Numbered from the stretch's first letter, positions 1 to 9,185 are shown. The stretch: DNA of 60,223 nt from a virus (IMGVR_UViG_3300032221_000516:1-60223), one strand, 5' to 3'. Numbers and translations: made by a program. Notes: a model not told the origin generated them from the sequence alone.

Positions 1-101
1 GCTTCGAGGGTTGCCACGGCTTGAGTCGAGGCATCCTTAAGGTCTTGAGCCGCTTTGTTGAGGTTTGCGATGAGTTGTTCGTATTTGCTTAATTTCTTCA
101 T
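1..101 (-). CDS. 5' part of a leftward gene (MKKLSKYEQLIANLNKAAQDLKDASTQAVATLE...), truncated by the window edge
   Basis: ATG at 101 on the - strand is open to position 1. It is preceded by TTGTGA-16-TAGATT (TG-extended -10-like) 6 nt upstream, and the region is more GC-rich than the rest of the window. Confidence 0.6.
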   Translation of the reverse strand, partial: MKKLSKYEQLIANLNKAAQDLKDASTQAVATLE

Positions 102-190
102 ATAGGTAATCTATCACAGAATAAGAATATCACAAGATATTTCTTCATTTAAATTTCATTGATTGATAACGACTTACAGAAGCACACTTA

Positions 191-313
191 TATACCCCCC
201 ATTTTTGAAAAATTTAGATAATCTCTTTTACAAAAAGGGTCGTGGGGGTATAAAAATCAATCTCCCCAAACTAATAAAAGTATTATTCTATATACTCTTA
301 TCTATACCCCCCC
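191..313. repeat. Three TATACCCCC motifs (191-200 +, 244-252 -, 303-313 +) in the non-coding strand-switch region
   Basis: Direct reading; long C/G runs are otherwise rare in this AT-rich DNA. Confidence 0.6.
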
Positions 314-414
314 TTTTTATAATCTATTAAAATAGAATACTAAGGTAAAAATTATCAAATTAAAAAAATCCCATGGGCTATTTTTCTCTATAACCCTTTT
401 CTTATATGGGCGCT

Positions 415-420
415 GTGTAA
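415..420 (+). promoter_or_regulatory. GTGTAA putative phage late-promoter element (first of about 20 copies)
   Basis: The same hexamer recurs just upstream of starts at 2474, 3771, 5697, 6222, 6970, 8884, 14236, 18611, 20936, 23620, 27350, 33096, 34654, 38691, 55894, 59670 and on the - strand at 5690. Confidence 0.75.
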
Positions 421-432
421 TATAATGTATAT

Positions 433-663
433 ATGAAATTAAACTACAAAACACTACTATGGATAGTATTAATTGGTTCAGTATCTTACCTATATAAAAG
501 CTATTTAAATAAAGAAAAAACAATTAAAATTCAACCAAGCATAGAAACTACTATTCTTCTTATTGATAAAAATTCATCAAAATCACCCACGCCCAAGGTT
601 TCAGAACCTATTAGCGCGAAGGAAAATTACTTAAGCGCAGGATCAAATTGGCGTTCTAGATGA
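433..663 (+). CDS. small membrane-anchored hypothetical protein
   Basis: N-terminal hydrophobic segment; GTGTAA 12 nt upstream. Confidence 0.6.
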   Translation: MKLNYKTLLWIVLIGSVSYLYKSYLNKEKTIKIQPSIETTILLIDKNSSKSPTPKVSEPISAKENYLSAGSNWRSR

Positions 664-705
664 ATTTGGTTTAGAAAAATACCATAAAGATAATATCATA
701 TATTA

Positions 706-1638
706 ATGATTTTAATCCAACAATATCATGATTTTAGACAAAACAAATGCGATTGTTCAGATAAATGTGATTGTCCAAATAAACGACAACAAGAGATAGA
801 TTATTGCCTAGAACAAAACATTAATAATGTTTATATAGATAAAATATACCTATTAAATGAAAAAGAATATTCTAATCCATTATTTAAATCTAAAAAAATA
901 GAACAAATAGTAATTAACGACAGGTTAAAATACTCTTATGCTATTGATTTTGCTAATAAAAACTGCAAAGATGATATATTTATAATAGCAAATAACGATA
1001 TATACTTTGATGATACATTACTTATTCTTGATCATTTAGATGAAAAAGAATGGATAGATAAACTAATAGTACTAACTAGATACGAAAGAAACAAAAACAA
1101 CGAAATATTATCCCAAGACAAAATACCTCATTATTATAGCAAACATTATAATACTTTTTTTAAATCTCAAAGAATATGGTCACACGACGCATGGATATTC
1201 AAAGGTAAATTAAAAATATTCCCTTGTGATTTTTATTTAGGAGTACATGGTTGCGAAGGAGCATTTATAACTCAATTAAAGAAAAATACTAATATTAAAG
1301 TGCAAAATGGTTATCCTTATATTAGAGCTATACATTACCATTTATCAAAGTTCAGAACAACAAGTATAAAGAAGTATGATGCAGAAAAAATATCTGGTAT
1401 TTTTGAGGATATTTATAGCAATAAGATATCTCATGAGGATGATAAATTTGATTACTCAAGTGATGATTTTTTTCAAAAACTTAAAATATATTTATTAGAT
1501 ACTATAGGAGAATGTTCATTTTCGAACTCGATAAAAGAAACAAAAAATATGAAAGAATTAAATCTATTAGTTAAAAAATCTAAAATAGATATTCAAATTT
1601 TAAAATTAACTTTCTTGAAAGACTCTTTCACTTTTTGA
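706..1638 (+). CDS. putative glycosyltransferase-like (GT-A fold) protein
   Basis: IIANNDIYFD DxD-like motif, SHDAWIF and late H-x-H motifs; small Cys cluster at the N-terminus. Confidence 0.5.
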   Translation: MILIQQYHDFRQNKCDCSDKCDCPNKRQQEIDYCLEQNINNVYIDKIYLLNEKEYSNPLFKSKKIEQIVINDRLKYSYAIDFANKNCKDDIFIIANNDIYFDDTLLILDHLDEKEWIDKLIVLTRYERNKNNEILSQDKIPHYYSKHYNTFFKSQRIWSHDAWIFKGKLKIFPCDFYLGVHGCEGAFITQLKKNTNIKVQNGYPYIRAIHYHLSKFRTTSIKKYDAEKISGIFEDIYSNKISHEDDKFDYSSDDFFQKLKIYLLDTIGECSFSNSIKETKNMKELNLLVKKSKIDIQILKLTFLKDSFTF

Positions 1639-2445
1639 AATAATTTTATTATAAGTTTCGTACCATTTTTTTCTTAAAAAAGATGGGTTATCATTAGATA
1701 ATAGCTCTGCGCCAAAAAATTTATCATGTACAAAAAACTTTTCTTTATGATTTTCTAATGTAAAATTATTTAAATCTTTATTTAACTGTATTATTTCATA
1801 AGGTTTTATTTTTTTATCTTCTAGCAGTTTAGTTAAATGACTTTGTTCTATAACACTCGTTAGATTATAATTCATAACATTTTTATATTGATTAGCGTAA
1901 TCTATGCTTTTAATACACCAATCTTTTATAAAATTTAAATTCTTACCGCCTACTGTAGAGCAATTATATGTATAACCATAATTTAATTTACTTAAATCAA
2001 ATATTTTTTTTTCTTTTAACATATTAAAAGTATTTCTGTGATGAAACCTTATATCTTCATGAGACTCTTTAAAAGCTACAATTATATCATTTTCATTATT
2101 TTTTAATATATCTTTTAATAAAAAAGCATCAAAATCTAAATGAACAAATGGTTTATTAAATTCTTCTATAAAACTTAAAATAGAATAAAATTTACTTATA
2201 GCCCAAATATTATTTTTATCCAAATTTATTTCTTTTAAAGTAATACCATCTGGAATTATTTTATCAAATTCATTTATATAGTTTTTATCAATATATACTA
2301 CTACATCTCCATAACTCTTAGACAAACATAAACTTTTATATATGTTTAATTTATTTAATGAAAACCAATCTTTAAATTTTAACTTATATGGCCAAGATAT
2401 TACATACTCCTTTTCGAAAGCAGTAAAAGAATACAAATAAGTCAT
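1606..2445 (-). CDS. putative glycosyltransferase / nucleotide-sugar transferase-like protein
   Basis: WAISK...FVHLDFDAFL (DxD) ... YNCSTVGG ... IEQ pattern typical of GT-A-like phage proteins; TATAAT 4 nt upstream of the ATG. Confidence 0.55.
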   Translation of the reverse strand: MTYLYSFTAFEKEYVISWPYKLKFKDWFSLNKLNIYKSLCLSKSYGDVVVYIDKNYINEFDKIIPDGITLKEINLDKNNIWAISKFYSILSFIEEFNKPFVHLDFDAFLLKDILKNNENDIIVAFKESHEDIRFHHRNTFNMLKEKKIFDLSKLNYGYTYNCSTVGGKNLNFIKDWCIKSIDYANQYKNVMNYNLTSVIEQSHLTKLLEDKKIKPYEIIQLNKDLNNFTLENHKEKFFVHDKFFGAELLSNDNPSFLRKKWYETYNKIISKSERVFQES

Positions 2446-2487
2446 ACTTATTATATATTAATATTATGGTCTTGTGTAATATTTTTT

Positions 2488-2940
2488 GTGATAATACAAA
2501 GCAGAGAAATGGTTAATATTTGGAAAAATAGACTAATGCCTAGAAATAGCATTATTGTTGATGGCTCTTATGAAACAGTAGATATTCCTTTGTTGCAAGA
2601 CAAGATATTTCCTCTGTATTGGCGTTGGATGTCTAGCATGAAAGTCACAAAATGGGCTCACAGATGGGATTGTGATAATTTTAGTGAAGCTTTTAGAGTA
2701 TTTGCTTGTGGCTATTTTTATAATAGTATAGAATCTACAGCTGATAGTATTGCTATTGGTATTATTCACTATAATTCTAATTCTAGAGAAGAGAATGGTA
2801 CTCAAGGGCCACATGCTATTAACGTGGCTATTAACAAAGTAGATGGAATAATAACACCTATATACATAGAGCCGCAAGCTTGCAAAATCATTAATCTCAA
2901 AGAAGAAGAGTATCAAAGCATTTGGACCTTTTATATCTAA
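2488..2940 (+). CDS. papain/transglutaminase-fold cysteine protease-like protein (agglutinin C-terminal/MOA-like)
   Basis: WDCDNFS ... HAIN ... IEPQ gives a Cys-His-Glu triad; GTG start 8 nt after GTGTAA. Confidence 0.6.
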   Translation: MIIQSREMVNIWKNRLMPRNSIIVDGSYETVDIPLLQDKIFPLYWRWMSSMKVTKWAHRWDCDNFSEAFRVFACGYFYNSIESTADSIAIGIIHYNSNSREENGTQGPHAINVAINKVDGIITPIYIEPQACKIINLKEEEYQSIWTFYI

Positions 2941-2946
2941 AAATAG

Positions 2947-2975
2947 TTGACAATAAGTTAAATAACCTATATAAT
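2947..2975 (+). promoter_or_regulatory. perfect sigma70-type promoter TTGACA-17-TATAAT
   Basis: TTGACA 2947-2952, TATAAT 2970-2975, ATG at 2985. Confidence 0.85.
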
Positions 2976-2984
2976 GGCTCTATC

Positions 2985-3308
2985 ATGAAAAAAGCAATAC
3001 TAACAATCCTATTAAGTCTCGGACTATACGCAACCTCTAACGCCCAAATGAAATGTTACTCTTGGAATGATGATTTTGGCAACGCAGAAGAGCACAGAAT
3101 TCGCACAGCCAAAGCAATGGTTCGTCAATCTCAAATTGTTCAACAAGTATACAGCAAGCCAAAAATGGAGTATCGTGATAGACTACTAATGAAAAATGCT
3201 GCTCGTAATGTTGAAATGCATCAAGGTAATGAGTATGCTATTCTCAGAAACAGACACAACATCAAATCAATTGGCGGACCAGCTTTTGAAATCAAGAATT
3301 ATAAATGA
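2985..3308 (+). CDS. secreted hypothetical protein (start corrected to 2985)
   Basis: MKKAILTILLSLGLYATSNAQ is a classical signal peptide; the promoter lies inside the longer ORF-track call. Confidence 0.7.
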   Translation: MKKAILTILLSLGLYATSNAQMKCYSWNDDFGNAEEHRIRTAKAMVRQSQIVQQVYSKPKMEYRDRLLMKNAARNVEMHQGNEYAILRNRHNIKSIGGPAFEIKNYK

Positions 3309-3372
3309 TTAGATATTTATTGCAATGTTTATCCTTACGAGGATACTCAGAGTAATATGTTATTAAAAAAAC

Positions 3373-3771
3373 ATGAAAAAATTTATAATATTTTCCTTAT
3401 TTATATTTACATGTTCATTTTCTAATGCTCAAATTAATAAGAAAGTACCTCTAAACTATCCTAACTCTTGTCTTTTAAATAGCATAGTAGCTTACGAAGC
3501 AATTAATAAAAAATTAGGTCAACATAATATATGGAGCGAAGTTTTAGGAGCAGTTTATTATGAAAATCATAATGGCAGAAGAGTAAAAGAAGGCCATGCT
3601 GTATGCATATATGAATGGAGAAGAAAATTTTATTTATATGATATTAATAATGGCGGAAGTATAATCGAGATGCATGGAGTAGATTTTAATATGAAAAAAG
3701 ATGCTTTTAAAATGGCAGAATGGCTTTTTGGAGAAGGTAACGTAGAAGCAGCAGAATATTTAGCCAACTAG
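3373..3771 (+). CDS. secreted protein with a putative papain/transglutaminase-like Cys-His-Asp triad
   Basis: Signal peptide MKKFIIFSLFIFTCSFSNA; NSCL ... GHAVCIY ... YLYD. Confidence 0.5.
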   Translation: MKKFIIFSLFIFTCSFSNAQINKKVPLNYPNSCLLNSIVAYEAINKKLGQHNIWSEVLGAVYYENHNGRRVKEGHAVCIYEWRRKFYLYDINNGGSIIEMHGVDFNMKKDAFKMAEWLFGEGNVEAAEYLAN

Positions 3772-3785
3772 TGTAATCATATTTA

Positions 3786-4763
3786 ATGTTTAAAGTATTA
3801 TTAGGCTTATCAGCCTTATTCTTAGCGTCTTGTGGAGCTTTCTTTTCTGTAAAAGGAATTGGACTTTTATTTTCTGGTAGCTTTTGGCCAGCAATTATTA
3901 TGGCTAGTAGTCTAGAATTTGGCAAAATAATGGCAACTAGCTTTTTATATAGATACTGGAAAAAAATCAATAATATTATCAAAACATATTTAATAACCGC
4001 AGTAGTAGTTCTTATGGCTATTACAAGTCTTGGCATATTTGGATTTCTTAGTCAAGCTTTTTACTCAACTAAAAGTAATATAGATGCAATTGAATCTCAA
4101 GTATCTTTATTACAAGCCAAAAAGACTTCATTAAAAGACCAAATAGCTTCAAATAATGATAGAGTCAAGACTCTTGTAGATACTCGTAAAAGCCAAGAAA
4201 ATAATCTAACTAAAGCACTAGATCAATCTACAACTACAACAGTGACCAAATCTGGAGGATTATTTAGTAGCGATACTCAAGAAAAAGTAATAGATAAAAA
4301 ATCAGTAGAATTAAAGTCTAAAACATTAGATACAATGCAATCTAGCATTTCTACATTAGAATCTAATATACAAAAAATTAACCTTAACAACGAGGACTTA
4401 AATAAAGAAATTAATAATATTGACAATCAAATAATAACTTTAAATAAAGAAATCGTATCATCTGATATTGGCACATATAAATTCATAGCAGAAGCATTCA
4501 ATGTAAAAATAGAAACTGTTGTTAAATATTTTATATTAATTATTGTAGCAGTATTTGATCCATTAGCAGTATCACTATTATTAGCTTATAATATTGCAGC
4601 TAATAGAAAATTCGATGAAAAAGAAGTCGAAGTAGTTAAAGAAATAATCAAAGAAAAAATAATAGAAAAGCCAATTGAAATAGTAAAAAATCTATCTATA
4701 CCCTTTAAAAGGGGAACAAAGCAAACTCACAATCCAGATCTAGCAGATCCGAATTTAAAATAG
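3786..4763 (+). CDS. phage membrane protein with long coiled coil
   Basis: Three N-terminal hydrophobic helices, a heptad-rich middle and a C-terminal TM segment (IVAVFDPLAVSLLLA). Confidence 0.7.
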   Translation: MFKVLLGLSALFLASCGAFFSVKGIGLLFSGSFWPAIIMASSLEFGKIMATSFLYRYWKKINNIIKTYLITAVVVLMAITSLGIFGFLSQAFYSTKSNIDAIESQVSLLQAKKTSLKDQIASNNDRVKTLVDTRKSQENNLTKALDQSTTTTVTKSGGLFSSDTQEKVIDKKSVELKSKTLDTMQSSISTLESNIQKINLNNEDLNKEINNIDNQIITLNKEIVSSDIGTYKFIAEAFNVKIETVVKYFILIIVAVFDPLAVSLLLAYNIAANRKFDEKEVEVVKEIIKEKIIEKPIEIVKNLSIPFKRGTKQTHNPDLADPNLK

Positions 4764-5036
4764 CGCGAAATCTTTTTTAAATTTTAAATTTAGTTTAAAA
4801 GAATTTACAGCTAAACCTCGGTCAAATCTTTTAATAAAATTCGTACCTTCTTTTGGCATTGCTGCAATATATTCTTTATTTTTAGTTTTTACAACTATAT
4901 GAGAAGGTAATACTGAAACACTCATTAATTTACCTTTCATATTTCTTTTAATTGCTCTAGCTATTGCACAATTTTGAGGATTAGCTTTTTCACCCTCAAA
5001 TATGTTTTTTTCAGTTATGTTTATTATTTTCTTCAC
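4755..5036 (-). CDS. hypothetical protein
   Basis: Overlaps the upstream - strand gene; GEKANPQNCAIARAI motif; plausible composition. Confidence 0.6.
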   Translation of the reverse strand: MKKIINITEKNIFEGEKANPQNCAIARAIKRNMKGKLMSVSVLPSHIVVKTKNKEYIAAMPKEGTNFIKRFDRGLAVNSFKLNLKFKKDFALF

Positions 5037-5673
5037 TTCTTATTTCCTCTATTTTATAATCATAACTATCACTATCTTCAGTAATCCATTTGGGACTATT
5101 TTCAACAGTATAGATATGAGTATTTACTTTTCTTTGCAACAATATTTCATTTGGTTTTGTTGCGAAGCTTGGATCGAATACTTTAATTCTATTATTAGGT
5201 TGTATTGCAAAATTTCCATTATCTAGTTCTATTACATGACCAGCTTTATGTTGATCTGGATTTTCACTAAATCCAAAATGAATTTCATTAAAATCACCAT
5301 TAGCCCAATCAAGAGTAAAAAGATATTTACCAAAATATTCTTGACCAGTTCTTCCAGTATATTTTATTTTTTTATTTTGAAGAACATAAAATTTTGTTAC
5401 AGCTATATTATAACTAAAACTATCCCATAACTCTAATTCACTCAACTCCATATTTGGAGAATCTAGCTTTGTGCAAAAAGCACTTATTGGAGCATGCCAC
5501 CATATTCCTCCATCTTCCATAAGAAAATTAAAAAGTGGAACTTGACTAGGTAAACTCGTAACGCCAAAAATTAAACATTTATATTTTTTATCAAAACTAT
5601 CTTCTTGATTCCTTAAATAGTTTCCTCGGACGAAACATTCTATTGGGGGTATATTTGAGTTTAAGTATGCCAT
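5011..5673 (-). CDS. conserved phage hypothetical protein (MAYLNSNIPP type)
   Basis: 220 aa ORF with GTGTAA 11 nt upstream on the - strand; resembles a family I recall from aquatic phages. Confidence 0.75.
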   Translation of the reverse strand: MAYLNSNIPPIECFVRGNYLRNQEDSFDKKYKCLIFGVTSLPSQVPLFNFLMEDGGIWWHAPISAFCTKLDSPNMELSELELWDSFSYNIAVTKFYVLQNKKIKYTGRTGQEYFGKYLFTLDWANGDFNEIHFGFSENPDQHKAGHVIELDNGNFAIQPNNRIKVFDPSFATKPNEILLQRKVNTHIYTVENSPKWITEDSDSYDYKIEEIRSEENNKHN

Positions 5674-5711
5674 CTTTATTTTAATTACACTCTTTTGTGT
5701 AATATAATCAA

Positions 5712-6218
5712 ATGGTAATTATAAGTCTTGGTTTTACAGTTGCATGTAAATTTGATGAAATGCTTCCTATAGATATAGACGCAAGACAGGATAAAGATGT
5801 TATTCAAAGTTGTAAAGAATTTTCAGATAAATTTAAACTAGACTTAAGATTATATAAAACAAAAAATGGACATAGAGCTTTTGTAACAAATAAAAAATTT
5901 AATATTCGTAAAGATTTTGATTTAATTTATTATTATTTTAATGCTTTGAAAGGAGATCTAAAATATTTAGATGTGGCATTTAATAAAGAAGCAACTTATT
6001 TTCATACAAGAATTGTACCTAAAACTCAAGATTTTAAAACTTTTAATGAGCAAGAAATCATAAAAAATTTTATAAAATATCAAAAAGATTCAAATATCTC
6101 AGTTTGTAAATACATTGATTCATTTGGTCAAGATATTATTTTACCAGAGTTCGAAACATACATAAGCAAGCACGACCACGCTACCAAAGCTTTTCTTAAA
6201 GATTCTATATTAGTATAA
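5712..6218 (+). CDS. hypothetical protein, possible AEP/primase-like fold
   Basis: PIDID and RLYKTKNGHRAF motifs; GTGTAA 9 nt upstream. Confidence 0.55.
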   Translation: MVIISLGFTVACKFDEMLPIDIDARQDKDVIQSCKEFSDKFKLDLRLYKTKNGHRAFVTNKKFNIRKDFDLIYYYFNALKGDLKYLDVAFNKEATYFHTRIVPKTQDFKTFNEQEIIKNFIKYQKDSNISVCKYIDSFGQDIILPEFETYISKHDHATKAFLKDSILV

Positions 6219-6244
6219 ATTGTGTAATATAGTTTGTAAGTATA

Positions 6245-6964
6245 ATGTCTAAAAAACACAAACAAAAAGAAGACAAGTCAGCTCCTGTTCCTCAAAGAGA
6301 TAAAATTGAAGGGTTCTTGAATATTCGTGAATTACAATGGACAGATAATCAAAAGAAATTTATTCAACTACTTCAAGACAAGACTACTAAAATGGTATTC
6401 TGCAAAGGCCCAGCAGGAACAGCAAAGAGTCTTCTTAGCGTATACGCAGCTTTAAATGCTATAAATCAAAAAAAGATTGGCGAGATATTTTATATTCGTA
6501 ATCCAGTAGAAAGCTCTTCTCATAACCTTGGATTCCTTAAAGGCGATCTTCACAGTAAACTTGATCCTTATCTTCAACCTTTAATGGATAAACTTCACGA
6601 ACTATTACCAAAGGGACAAGTTGAAATGCTACTAAAACAAGAAAGAGTTAAAGGATTACCAGTAGGATTTTTAAGAGGACTCAGCATTAACGCTAGCTAT
6701 ATTATCTGCGATGAAGCTCAAAATTTAAGTGTTCATGATTTGTTACTTATTACTACTAGAATGGGCAAATTTAGTAAATTAATATTAATTGGAGATATTA
6801 GACAATCTGATATTAAGAATAGCGGATTTGAAAAGATATACAACCTTTTTGACGATAAGAAAAGCTCAGATAAAGGAATATGCACTTTTAAATTTGGACG
6901 AGAAGATATTATGAGAAATGATATCTTAGCATATATTATTGAGAAATTTGAAGAATTAGACTAA
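6245..6964 (+). CDS. phoH: PhoH-like ATPase
   Basis: GPAGTAKS Walker A variant, LGFLKG, FLRG, DEAQN, TRMG, GDIRQSD and EDIMR motifs. Confidence 0.93.
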   Translation: MSKKHKQKEDKSAPVPQRDKIEGFLNIRELQWTDNQKKFIQLLQDKTTKMVFCKGPAGTAKSLLSVYAALNAINQKKIGEIFYIRNPVESSSHNLGFLKGDLHSKLDPYLQPLMDKLHELLPKGQVEMLLKQERVKGLPVGFLRGLSINASYIICDEAQNLSVHDLLLITTRMGKFSKLILIGDIRQSDIKNSGFEKIYNLFDDKKSSDKGICTFKFGREDIMRNDILAYIIEKFEELD

Positions 6965-6983
6965 CTCTAGTGTAACCATTCTT

Positions 6984-8855
6984 ATGGCTCCATTAGTACA
7001 AGTAGATGATCAAACAGAAAAACGCATAGGTCTCGTTTATAATAGTGAAAGTGGACTTTATCAAGCTCTTGATTTTAGTAAATTAGATGACATAGAAACT
7101 CTTTTAAGAGAAGGAGTAGAAGTTAGATTAACTGGAGTTAATACAGTACAAGTTAATGTAACTGGCGGAAGTTTAACAGTAGCAGATACAGTAGATGTAC
7201 ATAATCATCCAGCGGATCCACTTTATGTTGCAACAGTTTCTGGAGTAACTGGAATTTTAGTAAATAATTTCCCAGCAATTCAAAATGTAACTGGAAACAT
7301 TACTGGTAGCGTTAGAGTAAATAATTTTCCAGCAATCCAAAATATAACTGGTAATATTACTGGAAATGTATCTGTTGTAAACTTTCCAGCGATTCAAAAC
7401 GTAACTGGTAACATTACTGGCAACGTATCTGTTGCGAATTTCCCAGCGATTCAGAACGTAACTGGTAACATTACTGGCAACGTATCTGTTGCGAATTTCC
7501 CAGCGATTCAGAATGTAACTGGTAACATTACTGGCAACGTATCTGTTGCGAATTTCCCAGCGATTCAAAATGTAACTGGAAATTTATCTGTAATCAATCC
7601 AGTTGATGTTAATGTAACTAATTTTTCAGCACAATCTGCTCAAATAGATGCATTTGGTCGCCAAAGAATTTCAAATCCATTTACTCTTGCAGATTATTCT
7701 CACGCTTACGGAGAAGAAACAGAATTATTGACTAAAACTAGTGGTACAAATTCTAATATAACATTTAATATCGATCAAGCAAAAGCAATACTACAAGTTG
7801 GAGCTGGAGCTAATGATTTTACAATTCACCAAAGCAGAATGTATCATCACTACATGCCAGGAAAAAGTCAATTAACTTTTCAAAGTTTTAATTTTACAGG
7901 ATATAGAGCTGGCACAAATAAAAGAATTGGTCTTTTTGATGACCGTAACGGAATATTTTTTGAACAAAGCGGAGATGGGACTTTATCATTTGTTTTAAGG
8001 AATTATGTTTCGGGACTTGTATCAGAAGAAAGAATAACCCAAAACAATTGGAATATAGATAAATGTAATGGAAGTGGAATTTCGCAATTTAATTTAGATA
8101 TAACAAAAACACAATTATTCACAGCAGACTTTCAATGGCTAGGAGTTGGAAGAGTAAGAGTTGGATTAGTACATGATGGTGAATCAGTAATCGCTCATGA
8201 ATTTTATAATAGCAATAACAAACCAACCGTTTATTGGAGTAACCCAAATCTTCCAGTTAGATGTGAAATTAGAAATTATGCTGTAGCAGTTGGAACAGAC
8301 ACCATGGATCAAATTTGTGCTACAGTAATGAGTGAAGGTGGATATAATGAAGCAGGAGTAGATTTTTCAGCAAGAAACCTTACAGCAAGATCAGTGCTTA
8401 CAACTAGTCAACTTCCGCTAGTCGCAATAGCGCTAAAGACTGGATATTATGGCAAACCAAATCGAAGCGTTGTTAGACCAAACATGGCCAATATTTATAC
8501 TTTAACAGACGCAATAACTTATGAACTTTGGAGAATTCCAAGTACTGGTCAAATAGTTGGCGGAACTTGGGTAAGTGCAAACGATGAAAGCGTTATTCAA
8601 TATAATATTAGTGCAACAAGTGTTAATTTTACTAGTGGTATGTTAATAGATGCTGGATATTGTATTGCTGGAGGTCAAGGGGCAGGAAAATTTAGTTCTC
8701 AATCTCAAATACAAAATTTATCAAGCGCAAAAAGAGGTTATATTAGTCAAAATATTGATAGCACAAATAGTAATGTTTTTGTTATAGTTGGATCTGGAAT
8801 TGGAACTAATTCAAGCAATACTTTTGCAAGTTTACAATGGCGAGAAACTAGATAA
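6984..8855 (+). CDS. virion-associated protein with N-terminal 20-aa repeats and a C-terminal beta-rich (lectin-like) domain
   Basis: VANFPAIQNVTGNITGNVS repeats; DAFGRQRIS, YMPGKS and WLGVGRVRVG motifs seen in phage structural proteins. Confidence 0.6.
   Translation: MAPLVQVDDQTEKRIGLVYNSESGLYQALDFSKLDDIETLLREGVEVRLTGVNTVQVNVTGGSLTVADTVDVHNHPADPLYVATVSGVTGILVNNFPAIQNVTGNITGSVRVNNFPAIQNITGNITGNVSVVNFPAIQNVTGNITGNVSVANFPAIQNVTGNITGNVSVANFPAIQNVTGNITGNVSVANFPAIQNVTGNLSVINPVDVNVTNFSAQSAQIDAFGRQRISNPFTLADYSHAYGEETELLTKTSGTNSNITFNIDQAKAILQVGAGANDFTIHQSRMYHHYMPGKSQLTFQSFNFTGYRAGTNKRIGLFDDRNGIFFEQSGDGTLSFVLRNYVSGLVSEERITQNNWNIDKCNGSGISQFNLDITKTQLFTADFQWLGVGRVRVGLVHDGESVIAHEFYNSNNKPTVYWSNPNLPVRCEIRNYAVAVGTDTMDQICATVMSEGGYNEAGVDFSARNLTARSVLTTSQLPLVAIALKTGYYGKPNRSVVRPNMANIYTLTDAITYELWRIPSTGQIVGGTWVSANDESVIQYNISATSVNFTSGMLIDAGYCIAGGQGAGKFSSQSQIQNLSSAKRGYISQNIDSTNSNVFVIVGSGIGTNSSNTFASLQWRETR
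7260..7590 (+). repeat. 60-nt in-frame tandem repeat, about 5.5 copies
   Basis: Near-identical units ...aatttcccagcgattcaRaaYgtaactggtaacattactggcaacgtatctgttgcg... Confidence 0.9.
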
Positions 8856-8900
8856 TTTTATCTTATCAATTTTTATATTTGATGTGTAATATAAATTACT

Positions 8901-9185
8901 ATGACAGAATTATTTAGAGATTCAGGTTTTGAAAAAATAGCTCTAGTGAGTGGAAGAGCAACAGCTGGAACAGTTATTGAAGCCCCAGGAGCAGGAAAAA
9001 ATGTTTTTCTATTAGGAATTTTATCTAGTGGAGCAACAATTTTAAAAGAAGGCGATAATAATGGAAACGTAATAATGTATGTTCCTGCTGGAAACTCAGA
9101 TCTATCTGCAACTATTAAAGTACCAAATAATAGTGGAGTATATAGTAGTAACGGAAACGTTTCTATAATTCATTACGTAAATTAA
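8901..9185 (+). CDS. small beta-rich hypothetical (possible virion) protein
   Basis: 94 aa; GTGTAA 11 nt upstream. Confidence 0.65.
   Translation: MTELFRDSGFEKIALVSGRATAGTVIEAPGAGKNVFLLGILSSGATILKEGDNNGNVIMYVPAGNSDLSATIKVPNNSGVYSSNGNVSIIHYVN

Noticed and set aside
7260-7590. Regular repeats here and at 16326-16580 and 59996-60120 as possible CRISPR arrays
   Set aside because: They are in-frame tandem coding repeats with no unique spacers, and there are no cas genes.
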